NCBI GenBank assembly: GCA_046593995.1
Contig: JBKJQC010001225.1
Span: 1 to 36,623 of the forward strand
DNA: 36,623 nt
Reading direction: 5' to 3'
Source: Polyangiales bacterium
GTDB lineage: Bacteria; Myxococcota_A; Polyangia; Polyangiales; JADJMO01
The number at the start of each line of letters is the position of its first letter. Within the stretch, counting starts at the first letter, position 1. Under the pieces are notes generated by a model, which saw nothing but the letters and a program-made list of their open reading frames with translations, was not told the DNA's origin and did not search any database. Made by a program: the position numbers and the translations under genes. This document shows, piece after piece, positions 1 through 8,620 of this stretch.

Positions 1-1191
1 CGCTCCGAAGGTCTGCGCCTTGAACTTCGGCGAGATGATCAGCGCGGAGCCGTTCGGGTAGTGGTCGCGCCCCATCGTCAGGTTGATCTGCGGCGTGCGA
101 CAGAACTCGCTCACCACCATGATGTGCGTGTGCTCGGAGAGCTTCGCGCCCGTCTTCGTCGGGTGCGGCGTCGCGTCGAGCGTCTCGATGAGGCGCGCGA
201 ACATGTCGAACATCTCCTGCAGGCGCTGGCCGTGATCGAGGTACGCGTTGTTGTGCGTGTCGAACCCGCCGATGGAGAACGAGACGGTGCGGACGAGGTT
301 CGCCTTCATCGCCTCGACGGCGAACGCGAAGTTCACGCCCGACGCGCCGACCAGCGGCGCTGCGTGGTTGAACCCGGGCTGCGCCGCCTTGAGCTTGTTC
401 GCGTCGAAGAGCGCCTGGATCGACGCCCCCTGCATCTTCTCGAGCGCTTCGAGCTGCAGCTTGAAGCCGAGCATGCTGCCCGGCTCGGCGCTGATCTTCG
501 AGAGGTCGAGCGCCTCCTGCGAGAGCATCGCCGTGACCGCGTTGCGATCCTCGACGGTCATGCGGGTGTTGGTCCGGGCGAGCGAGCGGCCCATCGAGCC
601 GATGCCGTCCACCAGGAGCGGCATCGCGCGCCGATCGAGCGTGCTCCCGACGAACGACGAGGGGAAGCGGACGGAGACGCTCGGGAGGATCTGCGTGGTC
701 CCGAACTCGTGCGCGAGGATGGTGTCGACGCTGCTCGCGGGGACGCGGCCACCCGCGAGGTGACGGCCGGTCGCCGCGAAGACCGTCCCGTCGGTGTGGC
801 TCACGGTGTTCACCGCGATGCCGTTCACGACCGTGATGCGGTCGTGCTTGTCGGCGAGGTCGCCGATCGCGGGCCCGAACACCCGTCCGCCACGCACGAC
901 CGGCGCGAAGCTCTTCTCGCCGGGCGTGATCTCGCCGGTGTCGTCCTTCCAGAGGCGGAGCGACGCGTAGTCCGTGTTGCGCGTCGACGCGGGATCGACG
1001 AGCCCCACCGCCTCGTTGCGCGGATCGGCCCACACCGTGACGTCCCAGCCGCCCGAGGCGTGAACGAGGATGAAGAACTCTTCCTGGCCGGCGGTGGGCT
1101 CGGCGAGGGCGCGGAGGAGCGGCGCGGAGACGCCGACGCCGGCACCTGCGCACCCGAGACACTTGAGGAAAGAACGACGATCGAAGCTCAT
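1..1191 (-). CDS. DUF1501-family protein with Tat signal (3' end runs off the window)
   Basis: Manual translation from ATG at 1191: MSFDRRSFLKCLGCAGAG (twin-arginine RRxFLK), then GGWD, GGFDTH, VSEFCRTP and GRDHYP motifs typical of DUF1501. The frame is open to position 1, so it is missing from the ORF track. Confidence 0.85.
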   Translation of the reverse strand, partial: MSFDRRSFLKCLGCAGAGVGVSAPLLRALAEPTAGQEEFFILVHASGGWDVTVWADPRNEAVGLVDPASTRNTDYASLRLWKDDTGEITPGEKSFAPVVRGGRVFGPAIGDLADKHDRITVVNGIAVNTVSHTDGTVFAATGRHLAGGRVPASSVDTILAHEFGTTQILPSVSVRFPSSFVGSTLDRRAMPLLVDGIGSMGRSLARTNTRMTVEDRNAVTAMLSQEALDLSKISAEPGSMLGFKLQLEALEKMQGASIQALFDANKLKAAQPGFNHAAPLVGASGVNFAFAVEAMKANLVRTVSFSIGGFDTHNNAYLDHGQRLQEMFDMFARLIETLDATPHPTKTGAKLSEHTHIMVVSEFCRTPQINLTMGRDHYPNGSALIISPKFKAQTFGA

Positions 1192-1205
1192 TTTTCGGCT
1201 CGCCT

Positions 1206-1946
1206 TCAGTACGTGTGGAATTCGGGGTGGCGAACGAGGCCGTAGCAGACGGCCGCCCAGCCGGCTTCGGCGGGCGTGAAGCCCTTGGGCGCAGCCGCCG
1301 TGCTGTGGCGCGTGACGGTCTCGTTGTAGAGATCGTAGAAGCGCTTGGTGCGGAGGCCCGCCGTGGTCGACGGCGCGAGGCTCGCGGGGTAGCCGATGAA
1401 CGTGCGGTGCATCACGTCGAAGCGTGCTGCGAACTCTTCGGCGGTGGGCGGGCCCGCCGTGAGGTCGAAAGCGAAGACCGCGCGCTGCTCGAGCCCGACG
1501 AGCGCCGCCGCCTTGATGTCGCGCTCGACGGCGCGATCGCAGAGCGCGATCCCGACGCGCTCGAACGTCGCGAGCATCATCGCGTTCGTCTGGGTGACGC
1601 GACCGATGTCCTTCTCGTAGTCGGGGATCCCGAGCGAGGCGAGGTACTCGCGCCAGGTGTCGAAGATCGCCGTGCCGTCCTTTCCGCGCGCAGCGAGCTC
1701 CGCCGCGAGCGGCGAGATCGCGCCGAAGATGTCGAGGTACGCCTGCATGTAGACCTCGACCGGGAGGAGACGCGGCCCCTCCTTCGGGGTGCGATCCTGC
1801 GCGAGGCTCCCGTGTCCCGGGAGATCCTGCGCGGGGGTCGACTGCACGGCCGGCGTCGGATTCTCGGTCGACTCGGGGTTCTTGGCGCAGGCGAGCAGGG
1901 AGAACGCGGCGAGCGCCAATTGTAGAGAGAGGGCTTTCTTCGACAT
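1206..1946 (-). CDS. Lipoprotein of unknown function, partner of the DUF1585/DUF1501 cluster
   Basis: True start MSKKALSLQLALAAFSLLAC (lipobox LLAC) lies 2 nt after the upstream stop. C-terminus is AAVCYGLVRHPEFHTY. The N-terminal part of the 613-aa track ORF is shadow. Confidence 0.8.
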   Translation of the reverse strand: MSKKALSLQLALAAFSLLACAKNPESTENPTPAVQSTPAQDLPGHGSLAQDRTPKEGPRLLPVEVYMQAYLDIFGAISPLAAELAARGKDGTAIFDTWREYLASLGIPDYEKDIGRVTQTNAMMLATFERVGIALCDRAVERDIKAAALVGLEQRAVFAFDLTAGPPTAEEFAARFDVMHRTFIGYPASLAPSTTAGLRTKRFYDLYNETVTRHSTAAAPKGFTPAEAGWAAVCYGLVRHPEFHTY

Positions 1947-1948
1947 GA

Positions 1949-3895
1949 TCACTGCCCCTCCTGCGCGCGCCAGGCGTCCGAGGTGAGGTTGTTCGCCGAG
2001 GCGTAGGCCCGTTCCTTCACGAGGAGGCGGATCAACGTCCTGAGCTTGAAGCCGCCCTCGACGAACTTCTCTTCGAGCTTCGTCATCATCGGGCCGTCCT
2101 CGGTGCCGAGCTGACGACCGAGGAACGAGCTCGTCACGTTCGAGACCACGCAGCGCGCGAACTCGGGCGACTCGGTGATCTCCTTGCCGAGGCCCGCCGG
2201 TCCGGCGTCGGCGTTGGCCGGCGCGGCGTGCGCGCCGCGGAGGAACGCGTTCGTCGTGGTGACGAACGCCGGATCGTAGTAGTTGCGGCACTGCCCCGAG
2301 ATCTTCTTCGGATCCGCGTTGCGGCAGGTCGCGTTGTCGGCGGGGAAGAGCTCCTTCGGGAGGAACGTCCAGTCCGACTCGAGGACACGCGTGAAGTACG
2401 CGCTCATCGGCTCGAGCTTCGCGTGGCACGTCGCGCAACCGGCGCGCTTCGAGAGATCGGGCTCGTTCGAGGGTTCGAGCTTGACCTCTTCGGCCACGAA
2501 CTGGCGACACTGGAAGACGTTGTAGATGACGTGCGCGCGACCGCGGCGGGTGCCGTACTTCGAGAGGAAGACCGGCATGGTGAGGATGCCGGAGGCCTGC
2601 GGCCCGCGATCGGCGACCATCTTCCACTCGGCGACGTCGTAGGGCGCGAGCGCCGGGAGCTTCGTCGCGTCGACGAGACCTTCCGGGTGCGCGAGGCCGA
2701 ACTGATAGGCGTTGCCGCAGCAGTTCGCGGGCGCGTGGTACTTGTAGAACTGCGTCAGCGGACCGTTCACTGTCGTCCACTTGCCGGTGAGGATCTGGCG
2801 GAAGTCGCGGTCCTCCCTGGCGATGGTCTCGACGTAGCGGACCGCCTCCTGCGACCACCACTGACGGTGCCAAGCGCCGGCCGTCGTCTTCTCGATGCTC
2901 GTCGGCTTGTCGATGCCCATCATCGCGCCCGAGGGGAGCGTGAACGCGTTCGGCTCGGTGCCATTGCCCGCCGCGGGCATGCACTTCTCGAGACCGACGC
3001 CGCAGCCGCACTCGGTCGAGTGCGTGATCGCGGTGCCGCTGTCGCACGCGACCGACTGCCCCTTGTACGTGGTGGCGTAGGTGTCATCGAGCGGCAGCGC
3101 CTGCACGCGCTCGTAGGGAATGGGGGTGCCGGCGACGGGCGCTTTGCGGCCGGTCCAGTAGACGGTGCCGGTGTTCGCGGTCGACGCCTCTTCCTTGCAG
3201 ACGCGGACCTCGGTCGTCGTGGTCGTGCCGTCGGCTTCCGTGAGGAGCTCGGGGATCAGCGCGAACGACGCGTCGGCCGGCGTCCACCCGGTGCCGTACA
3301 GCTTCGTCGGGCTCGCCTCCTTGAAATCCTTGTAGAGCCACCATGGCTTCACCACGGTGGTGTTCGCGTCGAGCGCGGCCTGCGTCGTGTTGATCGGCGT
3401 GCCGATCGCGTTGCCGTTGGTCGTCCACGCGACCCCGGTCTCCTCCTTCGTCAGGCAGAACACGCCGTCGGTCGCCTCGCGCGTGCGGCGCTGCCCGTTG
3501 CGGTAGTAGACGTAGATCTTCTTCCCGTCGGGTCCTTGGAGCGTCTGGCGACGGAGGACCGAAGCGTTCGGCCGGAACGCGAACGTCGACCCGACGTCGA
3601 GCCGCAGGAGGTCCATGTACAAGCGACGGACCCGGCTCGCGTACCCCTGCGACGTCAGCGCCGTGTCGATGAACTTGTCGACGTCGAACGCGGGCTTTTC
3701 GAACGCCACGAGCTCCGCGCGCGACGGGACGCGACCCTGCAGGTCGACCATCAACGCGCGGAAGTAGCGGTACTCGGTCAGCGTCCGGGCAGCGCTCGGC
3801 GCCGCTTCGAGATGGCCGGCGCCGAGCGTGATCGCCGCGAGGGCAGCCGCCGAGACGAGGTGAGGCGCGAGGGAGGTGAGGGGTGAGCGTCGCAT
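1949..3895 (-). CDS. Secreted DUF1549/DUF1588/DUF1585-like protein with one CxxCH putative heme-c motif
   Basis: Signal peptide, RALMVDLQGRVPS N-terminal motif, GILTMPVFL..RGRA, CATCHAKLEP, and C-terminal FARCVV..FLGR..GGFKLRTLIR. Cys-rich. Confidence 0.75.
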   Translation of the reverse strand: MRRSPLTSLAPHLVSAAALAAITLGAGHLEAAPSAARTLTEYRYFRALMVDLQGRVPSRAELVAFEKPAFDVDKFIDTALTSQGYASRVRRLYMDLLRLDVGSTFAFRPNASVLRRQTLQGPDGKKIYVYYRNGQRRTREATDGVFCLTKEETGVAWTTNGNAIGTPINTTQAALDANTTVVKPWWLYKDFKEASPTKLYGTGWTPADASFALIPELLTEADGTTTTTEVRVCKEEASTANTGTVYWTGRKAPVAGTPIPYERVQALPLDDTYATTYKGQSVACDSGTAITHSTECGCGVGLEKCMPAAGNGTEPNAFTLPSGAMMGIDKPTSIEKTTAGAWHRQWWSQEAVRYVETIAREDRDFRQILTGKWTTVNGPLTQFYKYHAPANCCGNAYQFGLAHPEGLVDATKLPALAPYDVAEWKMVADRGPQASGILTMPVFLSKYGTRRGRAHVIYNVFQCRQFVAEEVKLEPSNEPDLSKRAGCATCHAKLEPMSAYFTRVLESDWTFLPKELFPADNATCRNADPKKISGQCRNYYDPAFVTTTNAFLRGAHAAPANADAGPAGLGKEITESPEFARCVVSNVTSSFLGRQLGTEDGPMMTKLEEKFVEGGFKLRTLIRLLVKERAYASANNLTSDAWRAQEGQ

Positions 3896-4074
3896 GACGA
3901 TTCGACTCCAGTGCGAAGGTGATGCCGAGTCGAGTCGACAGCGCTTTCCGCAGTGATCCTCATGGTGTCACGACGATGTGTCGTGGTGATCGGAAGAACG
4001 CGATCCTGAACGTGCGATCGATTCGATCACCCCATGAGCGAACCGATCGTGGGCGGGTGTAGGCTTCTCATCGC

Positions 4075-4506
4075 ATGAAGACCAAGCGCTGGAACGATCC
4101 CGCCGAGCCCGGGTCCGAGGGAGATGGCTCGCGCTTGCTCGTCACGCGCTATCGCCCGCGCGGCGTGAAGAGCGCGGACGAGACGTGGGAGGCCTGGCTC
4201 CCACAGCTCGCACCCAGCAAGGAGTTGCACGCGGCCGCATATGGCAAAGGGCAGGATCCGATCGCCTGGGACGAGTACGTCGCGCGGTATCACCGTGAGA
4301 TGGAGGCGCAGCGATTCTGGATCGACGGCCTCGCGCAGCGCGTCAGAGAGGGCGAGCAGATGACGCTCCTGTGCTCGTCGGCCTGCGTCGATCCGGCCCG
4401 CTGTCATCGCACGCTCTTGCGGGCGCTGATCGAGGGCGCCGTGCACCCGAAGGCTCCGCCGTCGCCTGTCGTCGACGACGCACGCGTCGTTCGCCGCAAG
4501 CGATAG
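4075..4506 (+). CDS. DUF488 (YeaO-like) family protein
   Basis: DGSRLLVTRYRPRGV, WLPQLAPSKEL and CHRTLL motifs. Confidence 0.85.
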   Translation: MKTKRWNDPAEPGSEGDGSRLLVTRYRPRGVKSADETWEAWLPQLAPSKELHAAAYGKGQDPIAWDEYVARYHREMEAQRFWIDGLAQRVREGEQMTLLCSSACVDPARCHRTLLRALIEGAVHPKAPPSPVVDDARVVRRKR

Positions 4507-4546
4507 CTCACTCGTATCGTCTGCGCCTGCGCCTGGCATTCGCGCG

Positions 4547-4696
4547 ATGCTTCGGCTCAGCGGCGGCATCGGAGACGCGTGCGCGAGCCTCGCCGTGCTC
4601 TCGATGGTCGTGCTCTCGATCTTCCTCCGTCAGGAAGGCTCGCCGCAGTCGAAGCTCGTGAACGCCCCGAACGCGGCGACCGGCGACGACGAGTGA
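4547..4696 (+). CDS. Possible 49-aa small membrane protein
   Basis: MLRLSGGIGDACASLAVLSMVVLSIFLRQEGSPQSKLVNAPNAATGDDE: GC3-rich codons, one hydrophobic stretch, fills the gap between genes. No clear RBS. Confidence 0.3.
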   Translation: MLRLSGGIGDACASLAVLSMVVLSIFLRQEGSPQSKLVNAPNAATGDDE

Positions 4697-4707
4697 CCGT
4701 ACCGGGA

Positions 4708-6057
4708 TCAGAAAATCTCGCTCCTGTTCGCGCTCACCGGGTCGGTGGTCTTCGGCTCCGCGTGGACGGCGGTCGGCTCGGGAAGCGCGGCCAGCGCCGG
4801 CACCGCAGACTTCGCTGGTGTCGTCGGCTTTGCCTTTGCGCCCGCGGTCCGTGGTCGCGCGATCGATGCCGAAGGCGCCGTCCGCATGACGGGCGCTGTC
4901 GAGGTGCTCGCGGCGCTCGCGACGGACGGCGGCGCAACCACGATCGACTCGCGCGCGGGGCAGGCAGCCTCGGTCTGCGCGTGTGCGGGCATCGGCGTCC
5001 GCAGCGCCGTCCCGACGCCGACGAGCGCGATCGCAGCGAGGACGAGAGCCGAGACCCACCGCGGAAGGCCGACCCCTCGGGACGCGTGCTCGAAGCTCGG
5101 CGTCGCCGGCGAGGTCGCGACGTACGAGGCCACCGAGTCACGGCCGGACGAGGGGGCGACGCACAGAGCGATGTCCGGCTCCAGAGCCGTAGCGAGCGCA
5201 TCGGCGAACGAGCGCACGTCTGCATGGCGTGCATCGATGGAATGGGCGAACGCCCGAGCGAAGACCTCTTCGACGGCAGGCGGGAGGGAGGGCCGGTGCG
5301 AGCGCGGCGAGGACGGGGTCGTCGTGCAGATCTTCAGCAGCAGCTCGATGGCGCTCTCCGCGTCGAATGCCGGACGTCCCGTCAGGAGCTCGTAGGCGAC
5401 CGCAGCGAGCGCCCATACGTCGACGCGCGCGTCGACGCTCAGACCGCGTGCCTGCTCGGGGCTCATGTACTGCGCAGTTCCGATGAGCACGCCGGCGCGG
5501 GTCGCGTGCGACGACGGCGGGCCGTCGTCCGGATCGCGAACGGTCGCCTTCGCGATGCCGAAGTCGAGCAGCTTGACGATCGGCTTGCCGTCGTCGTCGA
5601 CCGAGATGAAGAGATTGCCCGGCTTCACATCGCGATGAATCACGCCGACCGCATGCGCGACGTGCAGGCCGCGCGCGGCTTGTCGGACGATGTCGATCAC
5701 CTGCGAGGGCCGGAGCGGCCCGTCGATCAATCGCTCCTCGAGGCTCTGGCCTTCGAGCAGCTCCATCACGAGATAGTCGATGTCGCCGTCGCGACCGTTG
5801 TCGATCACGCGCACGACATGACGAGTCTTGCGTGCGAGCTTCGCGGCGACGCGTGCCTCGAGGTCGAAGCGTGACCGCGCCTCTGCGGCGAGATGGGTCG
5901 GGAACGCACCACGATCGAGGATCTTGATCGCGACAGTTTGCCGAAGCGTCACGTGGACGGCGAGCCACACCTCGCCCATGGCGCCCCGACCGAGCTCGCG
6001 CTCGAGGACCCACCTGCCGGCGATGATGCCGCCTTTCGCGAGCCGAGTGCCTGCCAT
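4708..6057 (-). CDS. Membrane-anchored Ser/Thr protein kinase (Hanks type)
   Basis: GRGAMG, VAIK, HRDVKPGN, DFG and YMSPEQ motifs, a TM helix and a Pro/Ala-rich tail. GGAGG 9 nt before the ATG at 6057. Confidence 0.95.
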   Translation of the reverse strand: MAGTRLAKGGIIAGRWVLERELGRGAMGEVWLAVHVTLRQTVAIKILDRGAFPTHLAAEARSRFDLEARVAAKLARKTRHVVRVIDNGRDGDIDYLVMELLEGQSLEERLIDGPLRPSQVIDIVRQAARGLHVAHAVGVIHRDVKPGNLFISVDDDGKPIVKLLDFGIAKATVRDPDDGPPSSHATRAGVLIGTAQYMSPEQARGLSVDARVDVWALAAVAYELLTGRPAFDAESAIELLLKICTTTPSSPRSHRPSLPPAVEEVFARAFAHSIDARHADVRSFADALATALEPDIALCVAPSSGRDSVASYVATSPATPSFEHASRGVGLPRWVSALVLAAIALVGVGTALRTPMPAHAQTEAACPARESIVVAPPSVASAASTSTAPVMRTAPSASIARPRTAGAKAKPTTPAKSAVPALAALPEPTAVHAEPKTTDPVSANRSEIF

Positions 6058-6209
6058 GACGTCCATCCTCCGGAAGCCCCACTTCCGGTAACGACACGTC
6101 GGGTCCGACGCTTAGGTGCCACGCTCCGTGCGGTCACCCGCACGGGTGACGTGGGTCCGCTGCCGACGGTACGGCCGACGTACAGGCAGCCGACCACGTC
6201 GGTGGCGCT

Positions 6210-7043
6210 CTAGAACGCGCCCACGAGCCCGATGAACTGGGGTGAGATCGCGGCGCGGACCTCGACCGGTTTGCGTGTCGCGTGGTCGACGAAGAGCCAG
6301 GTCGAGACGCCGATCGAGACGACGGCGACGCCGAGGGCGACGTCGGCCCAGAGCGCCTTTCGCCGCGCGGGATCGACGTCTACGTCGCTACAGCGTGAGC
6401 CGCAGCGCGCGCGGAGATCGTCGTAGTCGGCGCGCGCGGAGAGGCCGAGCCACGCGAACGTGCCGAGCGACGCGACGCCGATGCCGGCCGCGATCCATGC
6501 CCCGGCGGCTGGGCCGCTGCTCGGCTGGGGTGCGTCGGCGTGCACGTCCACGGGCACCAGCGGCTGCATCGTCACGGGGACGATGCGGCCGTGCTCCCCC
6601 TCGATCACGACGATCGTCGTCTTCACCGCGTGCATGCCCGCGGCTTCGAGGTGCAGCTCGTGCGGACCTGGATCGATCGGCGTTGCCTTGCCGACCAGGC
6701 GCGCGAGGAACGGCTTGCCGTCGACGGTCACCCTGACATCCACGAGATCACCGCCGCCCGCTTCGCGCGCAGCGATCACGATGGTCGGTGTCGCGCGCTC
6801 GAGATCGACGAGGAACTGCGCGCAGTCCTTCCGTACGACGGCGGGGCACACGTCCTTCACGCACACGAGGTACTGCGCGCGGGCGGCGCGGAGCTTCCCC
6901 TCGATGGAGAGCTTCTGCCCTTCCTCGGCGGCATCGACGCATGCATCAGCGTCGCCTTTGGGCGTTGCGCTCGCGCGGTCGCCGCCCAGCAGCGTGAGCG
7001 CAACGGCAAACGAGGCCCAATTCGCCGTGGGGCGGAGGCGCAC
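6210..7043 (-). CDS. Secreted myxobacterial PEGA-like/TPR-like protein
   Basis: Signal peptide, Cys-containing helical N-domain (ACVDAAEEGQ..CPAVVRKDC), PEGA-like VTVDG..IDPGPHEL, and a hydrophobic C-terminus ending GLVGAF. Confidence 0.75.
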   Translation of the reverse strand: MRLRPTANWASFAVALTLLGGDRASATPKGDADACVDAAEEGQKLSIEGKLRAARAQYLVCVKDVCPAVVRKDCAQFLVDLERATPTIVIAAREAGGGDLVDVRVTVDGKPFLARLVGKATPIDPGPHELHLEAAGMHAVKTTIVVIEGEHGRIVPVTMQPLVPVDVHADAPQPSSGPAAGAWIAAGIGVASLGTFAWLGLSARADYDDLRARCGSRCSDVDVDPARRKALWADVALGVAVVSIGVSTWLFVDHATRKPVEVRAAISPQFIGLVGAF

Positions 7044-7095
7044 GGGTCACATCGTAGTCGCCCCACGCGCCGGAACGAAGAGCGGAACGAGGGCT

Positions 7096-8595
7096 TCAGG
7101 GCGGCGCGAGGTGGAGACAGTGTCGTTTGTAGATGCGGCGTCCGAGCGCGTCCCACGTCCAGGGTGGGGTGCAGTCGGCGGCGGCACCGGCTGTCGTGGG
7201 CGCGGGCACGACCGGAACGGATGACGGCGCCGTGGTCGGCTTCGCGTGCGGCTTCACCGTGTGGGGCTTCTTCGGTGCCGCCACAGGGGAAGACCCGATC
7301 GGTGTGAGCTCCTCGATGGTCGCGGACGGGGCGGTGGTGGCGAACGCGCTCACGGAGGGTGCAGGAACGGGTTGCTCGTTCGCGGCGACCGAGACCGTGC
7401 GCGTGCGCATCGCGAACGCGAGCGCCATCAGCGGGACGAACACCAGCAGCGCGACGAGCGCGATCTTGCCGCGCGGACGCTTGGTCGAGGTCGTCGACGC
7501 GTCCTCGGCGCGCGCGACCTCGCCGAGCAAAACCGCGCCCGGTACGGAGCGCGGCGATTCGACCTTGCCCGTGTCCTCCATGCGCGCGAGCACCTTCGCG
7601 CGCGCTTCGAGCAGCTCGAACGCCATACGCTCGACCCACTCGCCGACCTCCATCGCGGGCGCCGCCGGGACGCAGCGCTCGATCGCCATGGCGAGCTCGC
7701 GCGCGTTCTTGAAGCGTCGCTCCGGCTGGCCGTCGAGCGCGCGGAGGAGAGTCTGATCGAGCTCCTCCGGAATCGAGGGATCCCACTTGCTCGGCGGATC
7801 GACCCAGCCGACGAGGATCTGCTCGAGCACCTGTCCTTCGTTGTCGCCCGGGAAGAGACGCCGTCCGGTCAGGAGCTCCCACACGACGACGGCGGCTGCG
7901 TACACGTCGCTCTGTCGCGTGACCTCTCCGCCGCGAATCTGCTCCGGCGCGAGGTAGCCGAGCTTCCCCTTGAGCATCCCGGAGCCCGTGCTCGCCTGCA
8001 GCCGATTGCGCGCCTTTGCGACGCCGAAGTCGAGGACGCGCGTCGTGCCGTCCGCGCCGACGAGCACGTTCTGCGGCGAGACGTCGCGGTGCACGATCCC
8101 GAGCGCGTGGCCCTGCTCGTCGGTCGCCTCGTGGGCGGCGTGCAGCCCGAGCATCATCCCGTTCGCGATCGACGAGGCGATGCGCAGTGGAACGGTGCGC
8201 CCTGCCGCAGTGACCTGCTGCAGGAGATACGAGAGCGGCGCTCCGTGGACGTACTCCATCACCACGAACAGCTCTTCCCCGCCACTCTCGCCGGTGAGCC
8301 CGGTCGAAGACTCGGCGTCCTGGATCGTCGCGACGTCGAGCGTCTGCAGCACGTTCGGGTGGCGCACGCGCGCTGCGAGCCGCGCCTCGTCGACGAACAT
8401 GCGGACGAACGCCTCCTGGCGGGCGAGGTGCGGGTGCATCCGCTTGATCGCGACCGGACGCGCGAAGCCGGCCTCGCCGACCAAGCGGCCGAGGTGCACC
8501 GTGCCCATGCCGCCGGAGGCAATCTCGTCGTGCAGGGCGTATCGACCGAACGTGCGCACGGATCGTCGCGCAGTATGCACCGCCCGAGCCCCCAT
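7096..8595 (-). CDS. Membrane-anchored Ser/Thr protein kinase (Hanks type)
   Basis: IASGGMG, VAIK, HRDVSPQN, DFG and YLAPEQ motifs, TM helix, and C-terminal CTPPWTWDALGRRIYKRHCL. Exact start uncertain. Confidence 0.95.
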   Translation of the reverse strand: MGARAVHTARRSVRTFGRYALHDEIASGGMGTVHLGRLVGEAGFARPVAIKRMHPHLARQEAFVRMFVDEARLAARVRHPNVLQTLDVATIQDAESSTGLTGESGGEELFVVMEYVHGAPLSYLLQQVTAAGRTVPLRIASSIANGMMLGLHAAHEATDEQGHALGIVHRDVSPQNVLVGADGTTRVLDFGVAKARNRLQASTGSGMLKGKLGYLAPEQIRGGEVTRQSDVYAAAVVVWELLTGRRLFPGDNEGQVLEQILVGWVDPPSKWDPSIPEELDQTLLRALDGQPERRFKNARELAMAIERCVPAAPAMEVGEWVERMAFELLEARAKVLARMEDTGKVESPRSVPGAVLLGEVARAEDASTTSTKRPRGKIALVALLVFVPLMALAFAMRTRTVSVAANEQPVPAPSVSAFATTAPSATIEELTPIGSSPVAAPKKPHTVKPHAKPTTAPSSVPVVPAPTTAGAAADCTPPWTWDALGRRIYKRHCLHLAPP

Positions 8596-8620
8596 TGCCC
8601 GCCGGGTGACCTCGAGGGCC

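Noticed and set aside
61-1245. 394-aa + strand ORF
   Set aside because: Antisense shadow of the minus-strand DUF1501 gene; Arg-rich with no motifs.
3969-3985. Inverted repeat CACGAC-N5-GTCGTG between divergent genes
   Set aside because: Only 6-bp arms in GC-rich DNA; could be an operator but is indistinguishable from chance.
7044-7052. ATG-TGA immediately upstream of the PEGA-like gene, as a possible second Sec codon
   Set aside because: No redox motif context or SECIS; better explained as overlap with the TACGAT -10 box and a GTG start.
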